The notes under the pieces were generated by a model, which worked only from the letters and a program-made list of their open reading frames with translations, was not told the origin of the DNA and did no database searches. From an uncultured Candidatus Saccharibacteria bacterium (GTDB lineage Bacteria; Patescibacteriota; Minisyncoccia; Phycocordibacterales; UBA9973): a stretch of 64,000 nucleotides of DNA. Location of the stretch: positions 6,338-70,337 of the forward strand of contig CAZSWF010000002.1 in the NCBI GenBank assembly GCA_964610995.1. The letters run 5' to 3'. Position numbers and translations under genes: made by a program. This document shows, piece by piece, positions 19,682 through 30,346 of the stretch (within the stretch, counting starts at the first letter, position 1; every line of letters starts with the position of its first letter).

Positions 19682-19933
19682 TTATTTCTTTGCAGCTGCC
19701 GCACGCTTCTTGAAGCGGTCTACACGTCCTGCGGTGTCGATCACCTTTTCGTTTCCAGTATAGAACGGGTGTGACGCACTCGAGATTTCGACACGATATG
19801 CATCGTACTCTGCACCCTTGTAGGTTGCCTTTTCTGATGTCTTGACGGTAGATCCGATCAAAAACTGAGCATCAGAAGAGTTGTCGATAAATACGACTGG
19901 GCGAAAGTTGGTGGGATGGATGTCCTTTTTCAT
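19682..19933 (-). CDS. rpmE: 50S ribosomal protein L31 (type B, Zn-free)
   Basis: [28 protein letters not shown]. Confidence 0.95.
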   Translation of the reverse strand: MKKDIHPTNFRPVVFIDNSSDAQFLIGSTVKTSEKATYKGAEYDAYRVEISSASHPFYTGNEKVIDTAGRVDRFKKRAAAAKK

Positions 19934-19978
19934 AGGGGCTCAGTATAGCACAAGCGTATTGGAAATCAATACAGAGAG

Positions 19979-21349
19979 CTATCTTCTCGAAACACCATAT
20001 TGTATGAGATAGTCAATATCTGCCTGAATAGCTCTAGTATGCGCCATGACAGAGTTGCCATACCCTGCAACAGCCGCACTTGTCGAACATGCGCGCCCAG
20101 AGTAGTAGCGACACGCTGCGGTTCGCTCGTTTGCCTCCCCTCCAACCGCACCGTTTGCTTTGTGGAGCATACCAGAGGCCATAATCGCATCTCGTGCTAT
20201 CCAAGGATTTGATGTCGCTTTCCCAAGTGCTGCTGCGACTTTACCTTGATACATTTCCCATGTGGATGGGATGAACTGTGACGGCCCCATTGCTCCTCCC
20301 CAGCCGAGCGTACCGATACGACAAGAAACAGGTGTTGTCTCAGGATTGAGTCCGAGTGCTTTGGTAATACGCAAAAACGGTGGAATATCTCGAGTCGGAT
20401 GCATCATTGCGGTGTAGCTCTTTGATGGTGGATCTCCTGCTCTGTTACAAGTACCGACATTGGCACCAAGGTTGGACTCTTGCTTGAGTGTGCCGAGGAT
20501 GAATGCTGCTCGTACACCAGTGGCCGCTTCTGCTTCCTTGGCATAGGCATAGGCTTCTTTGAACGGAATAGCCTTGGTCGCACCTCCCGCAAAACTAAAG
20601 AGTTTGCTTTCGATTGCAGAGACTTTCTTTTGTTGTTCTGCTACGGTTGCCGCAACTCGTTGCTCTTCGGTCTTGCTCGTATCGAGCAAGACTTTGGCTT
20701 CTTTTTGAGAAACAGTTAGTTTACTCTTTTCACTTTCCAGAGCGTTTTTTGCATCTTTTGCCTGTTCTTGTTTGTCGAGAAGTTCAGTTTTCTGCTCCTC
20801 GGTTGCAGAGCGAATGCGCTTGATCTTGTCGAGTGATGCGTAGAGCGACTTCTTGACCGCCATAAAGTCGTCGAGGTCCTGATAAAAGTCGGTCACCGAC
20901 TGCGCTGAGAGTACCACATACGCAGCACCTTTCTGGTCGAGTTCATTGGTGCGCTTGACGAGCTGTTCCATAGATTGTCGCTCACGGTCGAGCTCTCCTG
21001 AGAGACTCGTGATGGCTTTTTCTTTTTCACCAATTTGTTTTGAGAGTGTACCGATCGAGGTGATCTGGTTTTTGATCTTGGTCTGTGTACTGTTGATCTG
21101 GGAGATGATTTTGTTGACGTTGGATTGGAGTGCGCCACTCTTGGATTTCTGCGTGGCGAGCTGACTCTGAAGCTCCTTGAGACGAGCGGTCTCTACTGCG
21201 TAGTCACGACATGCCTGTGCAATGTCTTCAGACGTAGGGTTCAGACAGACTGCTGGCTGTGTATCCGCAGCCTCGGTAGGCACAAGGACTAGGAGTGATA
21301 CTCCGATAGAACATACAAGCGCTATTACAATGAAAAATCTTTTTACCAT
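19979..21349 (-). CDS. secreted coiled-coil protein with C-terminal lytic transglycosylase domain
   Basis: signal peptide, long coiled coil, QESNLG, GGAMGPSQFIPSTW. Confidence 0.8.
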   Translation of the reverse strand: MVKRFFIVIALVCSIGVSLLVLVPTEAADTQPAVCLNPTSEDIAQACRDYAVETARLKELQSQLATQKSKSGALQSNVNKIISQINSTQTKIKNQITSIGTLSKQIGEKEKAITSLSGELDRERQSMEQLVKRTNELDQKGAAYVVLSAQSVTDFYQDLDDFMAVKKSLYASLDKIKRIRSATEEQKTELLDKQEQAKDAKNALESEKSKLTVSQKEAKVLLDTSKTEEQRVAATVAEQQKKVSAIESKLFSFAGGATKAIPFKEAYAYAKEAEAATGVRAAFILGTLKQESNLGANVGTCNRAGDPPSKSYTAMMHPTRDIPPFLRITKALGLNPETTPVSCRIGTLGWGGAMGPSQFIPSTWEMYQGKVAAALGKATSNPWIARDAIMASGMLHKANGAVGGEANERTAACRYYSGRACSTSAAVAGYGNSVMAHTRAIQADIDYLIQYGVSRR

Positions 21350-21425
21350 ATATGAAGTAAGACCCTTAGTATACCAAGAGTCTTACATCGCGATCTATTG
21401 ATTTATAGTCCAATCTATTGCGTAC

Positions 21426-22058
21426 TTATTCAGCAGCAGGTTCAGCTTCTTCATCTTTCTTGCCTTTTTCTACAACTTCGATAGCACTGAGATCCATTGG
21501 AGCTGATTCTTTTTCTTCTTGGAATGCAGCAATGAGCGCAACGACTTCTTCACCATCAGTCACCATAGTCACACCCTTAGGAAGTGCGATATCTTTAACA
21601 TTGATCTGCATATCAACAGATGCAAGTGGTGTTACGTCCACCTCAAACGCGTGTGGCAAATCTGCAGGGAGCGCTCGTACTTCGACTTCGTGAAGCACTT
21701 TCACAAGTGTACCGAGTCCAACTTTTTCTGCTTCAGCGAGACCTGTGAATTCGATAGGTACAGCGACTTCGATCTCCTTTTTCATGTCGATCACGAGGAA
21801 GTCTACGTGTGTTGGGACGTTCATGATCGGTTCGAGCTGCATGTCGTGGATCAGTGTGGTTACCTTTTCGCCTTCTACATCGAGCGTGACTGCGGTGGTC
21901 TCACCGGCCTCTTTCCATACCTTTGTAAAGTCTTTGGAAGAAATAGTGATAGATACCGCGTCTTTGCCCATGCCGTAGTACACAGCAGGTATCTGGTCAG
22001 CAGCACGGAGTGTCGCAGGGGTCTCGGTGCCTCGTTTGGTTGCAGCTAATGTAATCAT
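21426..22058 (-). CDS. rplY: 50S ribosomal protein L25/Ctc
   Basis: IPAVYYG, HVDFL, VPIEFTG, ALP..LP. Confidence 0.93.
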   Translation of the reverse strand: MITLAATKRGTETPATLRAADQIPAVYYGMGKDAVSITISSKDFTKVWKEAGETTAVTLDVEGEKVTTLIHDMQLEPIMNVPTHVDFLVIDMKKEIEVAVPIEFTGLAEAEKVGLGTLVKVLHEVEVRALPADLPHAFEVDVTPLASVDMQINVKDIALPKGVTMVTDGEEVVALIAAFQEEKESAPMDLSAIEVVEKGKKDEEAEPAAE

Positions 22059-22117
22059 AGTGGGGATACTATACACAATAAGTGTGAGTTTGTAAAATAT
22101 TTGACAATACGTTGTTT

Positions 22118-23791
22118 TTATTTCTTTGTAGCTTCGCCATAATCCCCCTTACTCAAATACTTGGCAATATCATCTTTAGTAACACCTACCTTTTTGTGAG
22201 GGTTCAATATATACATGGGGTCAAAGATTTCTTTGGTTTCTTGGAACAAATTGGTGACGATAGAACCATACTGTTTCTCGAGATAGGGCGAGCGAATGAT
22301 CCCGTCATTGTGCTCGGCAGTGATCGAGCCTTTGAACTCTAGCACCAGATCGTAGACTTTTTCAGAGAGCGTGAGAATGATATCTCGAGTTTTGGGATCC
22401 TTGAGATCCATGAGCGGGATAATGTGAAAGTTGCCATCTCCTGGGTGCCCCGCGATCGTGTACGTGAGATCGTATTTCTTGAGTATGGTGTCGAGCTTGG
22501 GCAAGAACTCTGGCAAGTATTCGGGCTTGACTACAAAGTCATCGATGAATGGCGCGGTGTGTTTACCTTGGACATGCTTGCGGAGCAAATTGAAACTCTC
22601 GTGACGTACATCCCAATACTTTGCTTCTTCGCCTTCACTATGAGTGACATGGGTGAGTACCTTGAACTGGTCTTTGAGCACGTGCGAGAGCGATGTTGCC
22701 TTTTGTTGAATACTCTCGTGATCGTCTCCGGCAAACTCGATGAGTAAGATCATTTTAGGAATACCACCCGCAAGCGTCATAAAAAACTCGGGGATAAATG
22801 AGAACATAAACTTGATCATGCCCCAGAGTTTCTTTTTCTTGAGGAAGTCTCCAAAGAACTTCACTGCAACTTTCAGTGTGTTGTCGTCATAACTTTCGAT
22901 ACTCTCAGGATGCTCAGCGCGCGCGACGTTTACGATACGACCGATATCTTTCATATCCTTGAGGAAGACAACGCAGAGTGTTGAGAACTTCTTGACTGGT
23001 ACCAGCTTGAACGTGATCTCGGTGACGATGCCAAGCGTGCCTTGTGAACCAACAATGAGTCTACAAAGATCAAATGTTTCAGTAGTAGGATCCCAGACGT
23101 TCCAGAGATAGTATCCGGCAGAGTTTTTCGATACGTCCGGTTTTGCACTTGTGATCGTCTTTATATTTTCAGTGATGAGCTTGTACAAGCGTTTGTACAT
23201 ATCTGCTTCAAATCCGACTTCCCCCACCTTGGTCATGAGCTCTTTGCGAGTCATGGGGCGCACGGTGTACTCGTAGCCGTCAGTGAAGACGACCTTGAGC
23301 TCGCGAATATAGTTTTCTACCTTTCCATAATAAATAGACTTCTCTCCCCCTGCATTGTTGGCAACCATTCCTCCCACCGCACACAGATCACGTGACGCAG
23401 TGTATGCAGGCATGATGAGTCCTGCTTTTTTTGTTTCAATATCAAAATCTCGATAGTACGTACCTGGCAACACTCTTGCCCATTGCTCGGCCGCGTTGAC
23501 CTCGAGTGTCCCTGTCATATACCGTGTAGTATCTATAATGATACTCTCGCCGAGTGCGCCCCCACTCATACACGTACCTGCGGCACGCATGGTGATAGCA
23601 AGTGTAGGGTCTGCCTTTTTTTGCTCAGCTACATACTTCACGACTGCCTGTATGTCTGCACTATCTTTGGGAAAGACAACGACCTGTGGTCGCATTTCAA
23701 ACAGTGACGCATCACGAGACGCAGTGTCGAGCGCTGTCTCACTTGTATCGACATCTCCTTTTAGTATTTTTTTCAAATCTTCGGCAAGCAT
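22118..23791 (-). CDS. FAD-linked oxidase (GlcD/D-lactate dehydrogenase family)
   Basis: RAAGT..SG, GGMVANNAGG, GSQGTLG, GH.GDGNFH, GSITAEHNDG, LNP. Confidence 0.85.
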   Translation of the reverse strand: MLAEDLKKILKGDVDTSETALDTASRDASLFEMRPQVVVFPKDSADIQAVVKYVAEQKKADPTLAITMRAAGTCMSGGALGESIIIDTTRYMTGTLEVNAAEQWARVLPGTYYRDFDIETKKAGLIMPAYTASRDLCAVGGMVANNAGGEKSIYYGKVENYIRELKVVFTDGYEYTVRPMTRKELMTKVGEVGFEADMYKRLYKLITENIKTITSAKPDVSKNSAGYYLWNVWDPTTETFDLCRLIVGSQGTLGIVTEITFKLVPVKKFSTLCVVFLKDMKDIGRIVNVARAEHPESIESYDDNTLKVAVKFFGDFLKKKKLWGMIKFMFSFIPEFFMTLAGGIPKMILLIEFAGDDHESIQQKATSLSHVLKDQFKVLTHVTHSEGEEAKYWDVRHESFNLLRKHVQGKHTAPFIDDFVVKPEYLPEFLPKLDTILKKYDLTYTIAGHPGDGNFHIIPLMDLKDPKTRDIILTLSEKVYDLVLEFKGSITAEHNDGIIRSPYLEKQYGSIVTNLFQETKEIFDPMYILNPHKKVGVTKDDIAKYLSKGDYGEATKK

Positions 23792-23795
23792 AGTG

Positions 23796-24665
23796 TTATG
23801 ACATTCTATTAAACTTCTTGAGCTTCTCGGTCACGACAGCTTCCATCGCCAGTGACGCATTGGTGCCGTATTTGTATGGAGCAATATCGTCAGGATTTTT
23901 GATAATGTATGACTTCAATGCATCTGTATACGCGCGACGGAGTTCGGTGTTGATATGTACTATAGCGATTCCTGCTTCGATCGCCGCATCAAAGTCTGCG
24001 TCTTCTCCACTGCCTCCATGGAGTACAAGTGGAGTGTTGGGAAGTGTTACAGAAATATTTCGTATACATTCTATATCGAGCCGCGGCTTGTCTGCATGTT
24101 TCAACATGCCGTGGAAGTTGCCCACTGCGGGCGCGAGCATGTCAGCACCTGTTGCTTCTATGAAGCTTTTTGCATCTGCAGGTTTGGTTGTCACTGCAAC
24201 ACCAGCAGGTATTTCATCACGCATCTTTGATCCTTCTCCAATAAATCCAAGCTCGATCTCAACTACAATATCTCGACCAGTCATTGTGATAACACTTCGC
24301 GCATATTCAACACATTGTTTTGAAATAGAAATATTTTCTTCAAGTGGTTTGCCGGCGCCGTCATAGATCACTGCGTCAAATCCTGCATCGATCGCGTCTT
24401 TGACCGTTGCAAAACTGTAATGATGATCGGCATTAAGAAATATATCGATACCCCAGTGTTCACGAATAGTTTTCACCAATGCGACTGCTTGGTGAGTACC
24501 GACTGCTTCTTGTTCACCTTCTGAAAGTCCGACAATGACGGGTACGCGCAAGGTCTTGGCAGCACGGGCAATAGCGTAGAGGCCCTCGATGTTGGAAAAG
24601 TTGAAATGCCCAATAGCGACCTTGTTCGCTCGAGCTTCGGCAACGCACTGACGGAGGGATTTCAT
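23796..24665 (-). CDS. fba: class II fructose-bisphosphate aldolase
   Basis: NADH, VEIELG, LAPAVGNFHG, LVLHGGSG, INTELR. Confidence 0.9.
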   Translation of the reverse strand: MKSLRQCVAEARANKVAIGHFNFSNIEGLYAIARAAKTLRVPVIVGLSEGEQEAVGTHQAVALVKTIREHWGIDIFLNADHHYSFATVKDAIDAGFDAVIYDGAGKPLEENISISKQCVEYARSVITMTGRDIVVEIELGFIGEGSKMRDEIPAGVAVTTKPADAKSFIEATGADMLAPAVGNFHGMLKHADKPRLDIECIRNISVTLPNTPLVLHGGSGEDADFDAAIEAGIAIVHINTELRRAYTDALKSYIIKNPDDIAPYKYGTNASLAMEAVVTEKLKKFNRMS

Positions 24666-24714
24666 GGGTGAAGTGTAGCATACTAGTACATTTGAAATGG
24701 TGTATAATCGGGTA

Positions 24715-25707
24715 ATGGATACCCAAATAGACTTCCTCGCCATTGGCGACATTGTGACCGACGCATTTATTCGTATCAAAGACGCTGAAGCAACCTGCGA
24801 CCTCGACAAGCGCAACTGTCGTCTCTGTGTCCGTTTTGGCGACAAGGTCCCCTACGAGTCTATGACTGAGCTCCGTGCTGTGGGAAACAGTGCAAATGCT
24901 GCAGTCTCTGCTGCACGACTTGGCGTCAAAAGTGCGCTCCTTACTCACCTCGGCAAGGATCTCAATGGGGAGAACTGTATCGCTGAACTCAAGAAAAACA
25001 ACGTCGACACTCACTATGTCTACGCCCACGAAGGTATGAAGACCAACTATCACTACGTGCTTTGGTATGACGTCGATCGCACGATCCTCATCAAGCATGA
25101 GTCGTACCCACTCCTCTTCCCTAGTATCCCTGTCGCTCCCAAAATGCTCTACCTCTCTTCTCTCGGCGACCATACAGAGAAATACCATCAAGATATCGCA
25201 GGCTATATCGCTGCACACCCAGACATGAAGGTAGTCTTTCAACCAGGAACATTTCAGATCAAGCTCGGTACTGATGCGCTCAAAGATATCTATGCGCACA
25301 CCTATGCATTCTTTTGCAATCTCGAAGAAGCAAAGCGTATATTGAACACTGACGAACACGAGATCCCAATGCTGATCAAGACACTGCACAAGCTCGGCCC
25401 CAAGATAGTCTGCATCACTGACGGTATCAACGGAGCGTATGCATCTGATGGTGTTGAAGCATGGTTTATGCCGGTATATCCACATGATCCATACGAACGC
25501 ACTGGTGCAGGTGACGCATTTGCTTCTACTGTCTCTGTGGCACTACTGAAAGGCAAATCACTCTCTGAAGCACTCACGTGGGGACCGATCAACTCTATGT
25601 CAGTCGTACAGTACGTGGGTGCCCAAGAAGGTCTGCTCGACGAGACCAAGCTCACCAAGTATTTATCAGACGCACCTGCGAGCTACGCTCCGCAGCCATT
25701 GTTTTAA
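24715..25707 (+). CDS. PfkB-family carbohydrate kinase
   Basis: GNSANAAVSAARLG, N..EA, ERTGAGDAF. Confidence 0.9.
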   Translation: MDTQIDFLAIGDIVTDAFIRIKDAEATCDLDKRNCRLCVRFGDKVPYESMTELRAVGNSANAAVSAARLGVKSALLTHLGKDLNGENCIAELKKNNVDTHYVYAHEGMKTNYHYVLWYDVDRTILIKHESYPLLFPSIPVAPKMLYLSSLGDHTEKYHQDIAGYIAAHPDMKVVFQPGTFQIKLGTDALKDIYAHTYAFFCNLEEAKRILNTDEHEIPMLIKTLHKLGPKIVCITDGINGAYASDGVEAWFMPVYPHDPYERTGAGDAFASTVSVALLKGKSLSEALTWGPINSMSVVQYVGAQEGLLDETKLTKYLSDAPASYAPQPLF

Positions 25708-25720
25708 ATAAAAAATAATT

Positions 25721-26146
25721 ATGCTTCTTGAAGATTTTGGAAAATATTTCAACAATAAAGATATAAAAAAGGATGATGCCCAAGAACACATGAGTGAGAT
25801 GTTGTATGAAAAAGAAAAAAGTGTTGAATCAAGACATGCTTTGTATGAAGAATTTGAAAAACTTCAATCGTCGATTGAGAAATTGGATTCCGAAATCGAT
25901 GAGCTTATTCCTCAACAAAACAAAAGTGGTGTAAGCATGTCTATTGCACAAAAGCACGCAGAACTAAACAATTACCAACGAATACTCGAAGATTTTATTT
26001 TACGGTATCCCACTATTGCGGAAAAAGAACCTGCTAAGCTCGATGCTATGCGAAAGTGGCTAGAAACAAAGAAAGAAACATTGGCAAGCTTACAGAATGT
26101 TCCCTATGACATTACTAGTAAAATTAATAAAATTCGTAACAACTAA
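25721..26146 (+). CDS. AT-rich hypothetical coiled-coil protein
   Basis: 141-aa ORF, 13 nt after pfkB. Confidence 0.55.
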   Translation: MLLEDFGKYFNNKDIKKDDAQEHMSEMLYEKEKSVESRHALYEEFEKLQSSIEKLDSEIDELIPQQNKSGVSMSIAQKHAELNNYQRILEDFILRYPTIAEKEPAKLDAMRKWLETKKETLASLQNVPYDITSKINKIRNN

Positions 26147-27138
26147 CCCTTCCGTTCTATTGCTTTCATCACCGCAGCAGTGATTGCATCGCGGCCCATG
26201 CCATAGTGTTCGATGAGTTGGTTGGGCGTACCTGACTGTCCAAACTGGTCTTTGACCCCGACAAATTCCATTGGTACTGGATACTGTTGTACGAGCACTT
26301 CTGCGACAGCTGAGCCGAGCCCTCCTGCGATCTGGTGCTCTTCGACAGTCACGACGCATTTGGTTTCCCGCGCAGATGCAAGTATGAGCTCGCTGTCGAT
26401 CGGCTTGATCGTGTGCATGTTTACGACGAGTGCCTTGATATGCTTTGCTTCCAAATCTTTCGCAACTTTAAGTGCGTTTGCAACAAGTGCCCCTGTAGCA
26501 ACGATCGTCACATGTGCAATACCTTCTGGGCGAAAGAGGACTTGCCCTTTCCCTATTTCAAATGGAGTTTCGTCTGTGGTGATGATCGGAGTTTTCTCAC
26601 GAGCGAGACGTAGGTATGCGATGCGAGGTTTGTCAGATAGCGCGAGAGTCGCCCGCTTTGCCTGGATAGCATCGCATGGCGAGATGACAGTCATCCGAGG
26701 GATTACCCGCATGAGTGCGATATCTTCGACGGCTTGGTGTGTGCCACCGTCTGGACCCACAGAGATGCCCGCGTGCGAACCGACGACAACCGCAGGACGG
26801 TCGTTGTAACAGATAGTGGTGCGGATCTGTTCCCAGTTGCGTCCAGGGCTAAACATCGCATACGAAGAAAAGAATGGATACTTGCCCATCGCTGCCATAC
26901 CACTTGCGACCGTTGCGAGGTTTTGCTCAGCGACACCTATTTCAACAAATCGCTCTGAGAACTTGTCACGAAATGCGAGCATTTTCGTACTCTCGGTGAG
27001 GTCGGCACAGAGTGCGACAATGTCTTTGTTTATCTGCGCAGCTTGTACCAAGCCTTCGCCAAATCCATTGCGAATAGGAACCTGCTCGACATCGTCGGCA
27101 AATACTTTGGGGTTGAGTTTTAAGTCAGGGTTGAGCAC
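26143..27138 (-). CDS. transketolase C-terminal subunit
   Basis: ADL..ST, GVAEQN, HAGISVGPDGGTHQ, EEH...GGLG. Confidence 0.93.
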   Translation of the reverse strand: MLNPDLKLNPKVFADDVEQVPIRNGFGEGLVQAAQINKDIVALCADLTESTKMLAFRDKFSERFVEIGVAEQNLATVASGMAAMGKYPFFSSYAMFSPGRNWEQIRTTICYNDRPAVVVGSHAGISVGPDGGTHQAVEDIALMRVIPRMTVISPCDAIQAKRATLALSDKPRIAYLRLAREKTPIITTDETPFEIGKGQVLFRPEGIAHVTIVATGALVANALKVAKDLEAKHIKALVVNMHTIKPIDSELILASARETKCVVTVEEHQIAGGLGSAVAEVLVQQYPVPMEFVGVKDQFGQSGTPNQLIEHYGMGRDAITAAVMKAIERKG

Positions 27139-27140
27139 GA

Positions 27141-27413
27141 CTATCGTCTCGATTTTGCTTCTAATTTACTAACGCGAAGTGAGAGCTGGTCAAATTCTCG
27201 GCGGTGAATGAATTTGTCGTGGAGTTCAAGGATATCCGCTTTCGTTGCCATTCTCTTTTCGATGTCTTCAAATCGAGCATCTACGCGTGCAAATCCCTTA
27301 AGCATCATCTCAGCAAGCTTGTCGACATTGCGCGAAAGAGTACTTACGGCACTTGAAAGATTATCAACCTTGGCTTCTAACGTCTTTGGTTGTTTTTTGA
27401 CCACCTTTTTCAT
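27141..27413 (-). CDS. small coiled-coil hypothetical protein
   Basis: GF..VD.RF...E.RMATK heptad pattern. Confidence 0.6.
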   Translation of the reverse strand: MKKVVKKQPKTLEAKVDNLSSAVSTLSRNVDKLAEMMLKGFARVDARFEDIEKRMATKADILELHDKFIHRREFDQLSLRVSKLEAKSRR

Positions 27414-27428
27414 ATCTCTAGTATACTC

Positions 27429-27641
27429 CTACTCTGACACGAGCGTAAAGCGAAGAACTATTTCACCATTATATTCTATCTCATTAAAAAATAAATTCAT
27501 CGGGCGAATATAAATCTTGCCACTATGTAGTTGTTCGTAGACAACCATATCTTCCGCTGTTTCAGAATGCTTGCCAAGAATAATGATCTTATAATCATTT
27601 CCCTTATAGTGCTTCCAAATTTGTCCGGGTTTGAGTTCCAT
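27429..27641 (-). CDS. DUF1653-family protein
   Basis: KHYKG..Y, HSET.E.MVVY, RP...F, RF. Confidence 0.85.
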   Translation of the reverse strand: MELKPGQIWKHYKGNDYKIIILGKHSETAEDMVVYEQLHSGKIYIRPMNLFFNEIEYNGEIVLRFTLVSE

Positions 27642-28507
27642 TATGTATGTTCACTCTTAATCTTCCCACCCAATGTTCGTAGCTCATCTAGTGCCATGTT
27701 TGCTTCTTCTTTGTTGGGAGCTTTGCCGTGCCATTGGAACTTGCGTTCGAACTCTCGGACGCCTTTGCCCGGGATCGTGCGCGCAATGATCACTGACGGC
27801 TTTTCGAACACTGCCTTTGCTTTGTTCACCGCATTGATCACCGCTTCGATGTTGTTGCCATCTATCTCTTGGACATGCCAGTTGAATGCTTCCCATTTCT
27901 CGGTGAGACTGTCGAGCGGCATGATGTCTTCGGTATAGCCGTCGATCTGGATGTTGTTGCGATCGACGATTGCGATCAGGTTGCGCAGCTTTTCTTTGCC
28001 GGCGAGCATGACTGCTTCCCAGTTGTTGCCTTCGTTGAGCTCACCATCTCCGAGTAGACAATATATGTATTTACTCGAGGTGATGCCATAGTCTATACGA
28101 TCTGCGATCGCCATGCCGACTGCCTGTGAAAGACCTGATCCAAGTGGACCAGAAGAGTTTTCAAGCATTGGCAAGAAGTCTCTGTGTGGATGCCCTTGCA
28201 GACGTGAGCCAAACTTGCGCAGTGTTTGTAATTCTTCTATCGGGAAATAGCCAGCGTGCGCCATTGTTGCATAGAGCACAGGATTGATATGACCGTTTGA
28301 GAGTACAAGTCTGTCGCGGTCTGCCCATGTAGGATCCTCGGGTTTGTGTCGCATGATGTCGAAGTAGAGTGCCGTGAACACATCTGCCATACCAAGTGGT
28401 CCTGCGGTGTGCCCACTTCCCGCTTCTACCAGCATTGAAATAATACTCTCACGAATATCGTTTGCTTTAATCTCTAGTTCTCTGATGGTGAAGTCGCCTG
28501 ATGACAT
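27641..28507 (-). CDS. transketolase N-terminal (TPP-binding) subunit
   Basis: GSGH, DRLVLSNGH, LQGHP, GDGELNEG..WEA, DRNNIQ, WHGKAP. Confidence 0.93.
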   Translation of the reverse strand: MSSGDFTIRELEIKANDIRESIISMLVEAGSGHTAGPLGMADVFTALYFDIMRHKPEDPTWADRDRLVLSNGHINPVLYATMAHAGYFPIEELQTLRKFGSRLQGHPHRDFLPMLENSSGPLGSGLSQAVGMAIADRIDYGITSSKYIYCLLGDGELNEGNNWEAVMLAGKEKLRNLIAIVDRNNIQIDGYTEDIMPLDSLTEKWEAFNWHVQEIDGNNIEAVINAVNKAKAVFEKPSVIIARTIPGKGVREFERKFQWHGKAPNKEEANMALDELRTLGGKIKSEHT

Positions 28508-29187
28508 ATAGATTTGAACTTCTGTATTGTACCGTGCAAATCATTTGATTGAAAGATAGCGGAGCCCACCACGAGCACATCAGCACCTGCTTGTACCAAT
28601 GCTGCAGCGTTCTCAAGCGACACTGCACCATCGACTGCGATATGCTTGTCTGGGAAAAGTTGTCGTGCCTTTTTCACTTGCTCAATAACCCGCGGATCAA
28701 ATGGTTGCTTCTGGAAACCTACATTGACTATCCCCATACACTGCACGGTATTGATATATTCACTATAGGGCTGTACCAAAGCAGGATCAGTATCAACAGC
28801 AACCGCCATTCCAAACGATACGGTAGAGCGCACGATCTCCGGCAGGTTCTGTAGATACGGGATCATTTTTTCTGCATCGAGTCCTTCTATATGAAAAATG
28901 ATCTTGGATGGACCAAGCGCGATAAATGTATCGATGTGTGTGAGCGGATCTTTGACCATGAGATCAAACTCATAATCAATTTCTTCCCAATGTGGCAACC
29001 CTTCTTCTTGGGTGAGGAATGCTTCAAGTACATCTTCATTTTTGTTGTTGAACCACCACGTGCGATTGGTTGCAAAGTGTCCATCAACGAAGTCAACCTG
29101 CACAGTGTTAGCTGCACCAACGATTTTCTCGACACCATCTTTGATGTCGTAGTAGCGCATGGGTAGTATAGCGGGGATGATTTTCAT
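28474..29187 (-). CDS. rpe: ribulose-phosphate 3-epimerase
   Basis: D.VDGHF, DLMV, M....GF..Q.F, VDGAV, LVVGSAIF. Confidence 0.85.
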   Translation of the reverse strand: MKIIPAILPMRYYDIKDGVEKIVGAANTVQVDFVDGHFATNRTWWFNNKNEDVLEAFLTQEEGLPHWEEIDYEFDLMVKDPLTHIDTFIALGPSKIIFHIEGLDAEKMIPYLQNLPEIVRSTVSFGMAVAVDTDPALVQPYSEYINTVQCMGIVNVGFQKQPFDPRVIEQVKKARQLFPDKHIAVDGAVSLENAAALVQAGADVLVVGSAIFQSNDLHGTIQKFKSICHQATSPSEN

Positions 29188-29188
29188 A

Positions 29189-29626
29189 TTAAAACTTACT
29201 CAGTCTTCTGACATGTCGCTCATCATTGGTAAATGCTGTCGCAAGCCATAGAGTGACTGCTTGCACAGATTCTTGGGGTGTTATAAACCGTGCGCCGAGT
29301 GAGAGCATGTTTGCCCCGTTGTGCTCACGTGAAAGCGTGAGTATGTCCGTCGGACCTCCGTAGTAGACTGCACAACGCACACCAGATACACGGTTGGCAC
29401 ACATTGCCTCCCCTTGCCCACTACCTCCAAAGATTACACCCATCGCATCAGGGTCAGTAGCTACAGCTTGGGCACACGGGAGCACATAGTCTGGATAGTC
29501 ATCCCCTTCCATCAGCTCGGTCGCACCATGATCCACGACCTCCACACCTTCTTGCCCAAGCAAGAATTCTTTTAGTGCTTCTTTGTGTGCGTATCCTGCG
29601 TGATCGGTAGCGAGATGGATAATCAT
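29189..29626 (-). CDS. rpiB: ribose-5-phosphate isomerase B
   Basis: DHAG, DDYPD, GSGQGE..CAN, REHN.AN.L.LG, ERH.RR. Confidence 0.92.
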   Translation of the reverse strand: MIIHLATDHAGYAHKEALKEFLLGQEGVEVVDHGATELMEGDDYPDYVLPCAQAVATDPDAMGVIFGGSGQGEAMCANRVSGVRCAVYYGGPTDILTLSREHNGANMLSLGARFITPQESVQAVTLWLATAFTNDERHVRRLSKF

Positions 29627-29674
29627 GACCCTAGTATAGCAAAAAGTCCCCGATCTGGGGACTTCGCCAAAACC

Positions 29675-30334
29675 TTATCGAACCGGTACTACGATTGACA
29701 CTTCGATCGTCTCATTTGCAAATGCCTGGCTAATGCCGAAGTCTTTGAGGTTGAGAGTGAAGGTGCTCTTGTAGGATTTGGTATACGCCATACGTACATT
29801 TGCTGCAGGGACCACTTCTGTGTAGGTAACTGGGAAGCTAATAGTTTTCTTTACTCCATGGAGTGTGAGGTCGCCAGTCATGACAAACTTTCCTTGTGCT
29901 GCGTCAGTCATGTCCCATTTTGTAGGAGTAAATGTTGCAGTCGGATACTTGGCCGTGTCAAAGAAGTCTGCTGTCTTGAGATGTGCAGTCACCTTTTCAT
30001 TGTCGGTCGTGAGGGAGTTGACATCGATCACCGCAGATCCACTAAATGCGCCGTCTTTGTATGAGAGTGTAGAAGTCACCTTGCCAAATGCGCCAGTATG
30101 CTCTTTACCTGGACCGAAACCTTTGAACGATATAGTGACAAGGTCGTTGGCAACGACAACTGTTTGCTCTTGGGTACCACCAGCTGCAGGGTTGGCTACT
30201 ATATCAGTAGGTGTGTCTGTAGTCGTATCTCCTACTGTTGCTGCAGGAGTCGCTGGATCAGGCTTGGTCTGTATCGCCTGCCATCCGAGGTAGCCGAGTA
30301 CTGCGATGATGATAAGAATAAAAAATGTTTTCAT
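29675..30334 (-). CDS. YceI-family lipid-binding protein
   Basis: HL..ADFFD..KYP.ATF, GDLTLHGV.K. Confidence 0.85.
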   Translation of the reverse strand: MKTFFILIIIAVLGYLGWQAIQTKPDPATPAATVGDTTTDTPTDIVANPAAGGTQEQTVVVANDLVTISFKGFGPGKEHTGAFGKVTSTLSYKDGAFSGSAVIDVNSLTTDNEKVTAHLKTADFFDTAKYPTATFTPTKWDMTDAAQGKFVMTGDLTLHGVKKTISFPVTYTEVVPAANVRMAYTKSYKSTFTLNLKDFGISQAFANETIEVSIVVPVR

Positions 30335-30346
30335 AAAAAATAAAAA

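Noticed and set aside
24514-25485. Long antisense ORFs (for example 323 aa opposite pfkB, 208 aa opposite yihY)
   Set aside because: Shadow frames of well-supported genes, with no recognisable motifs.
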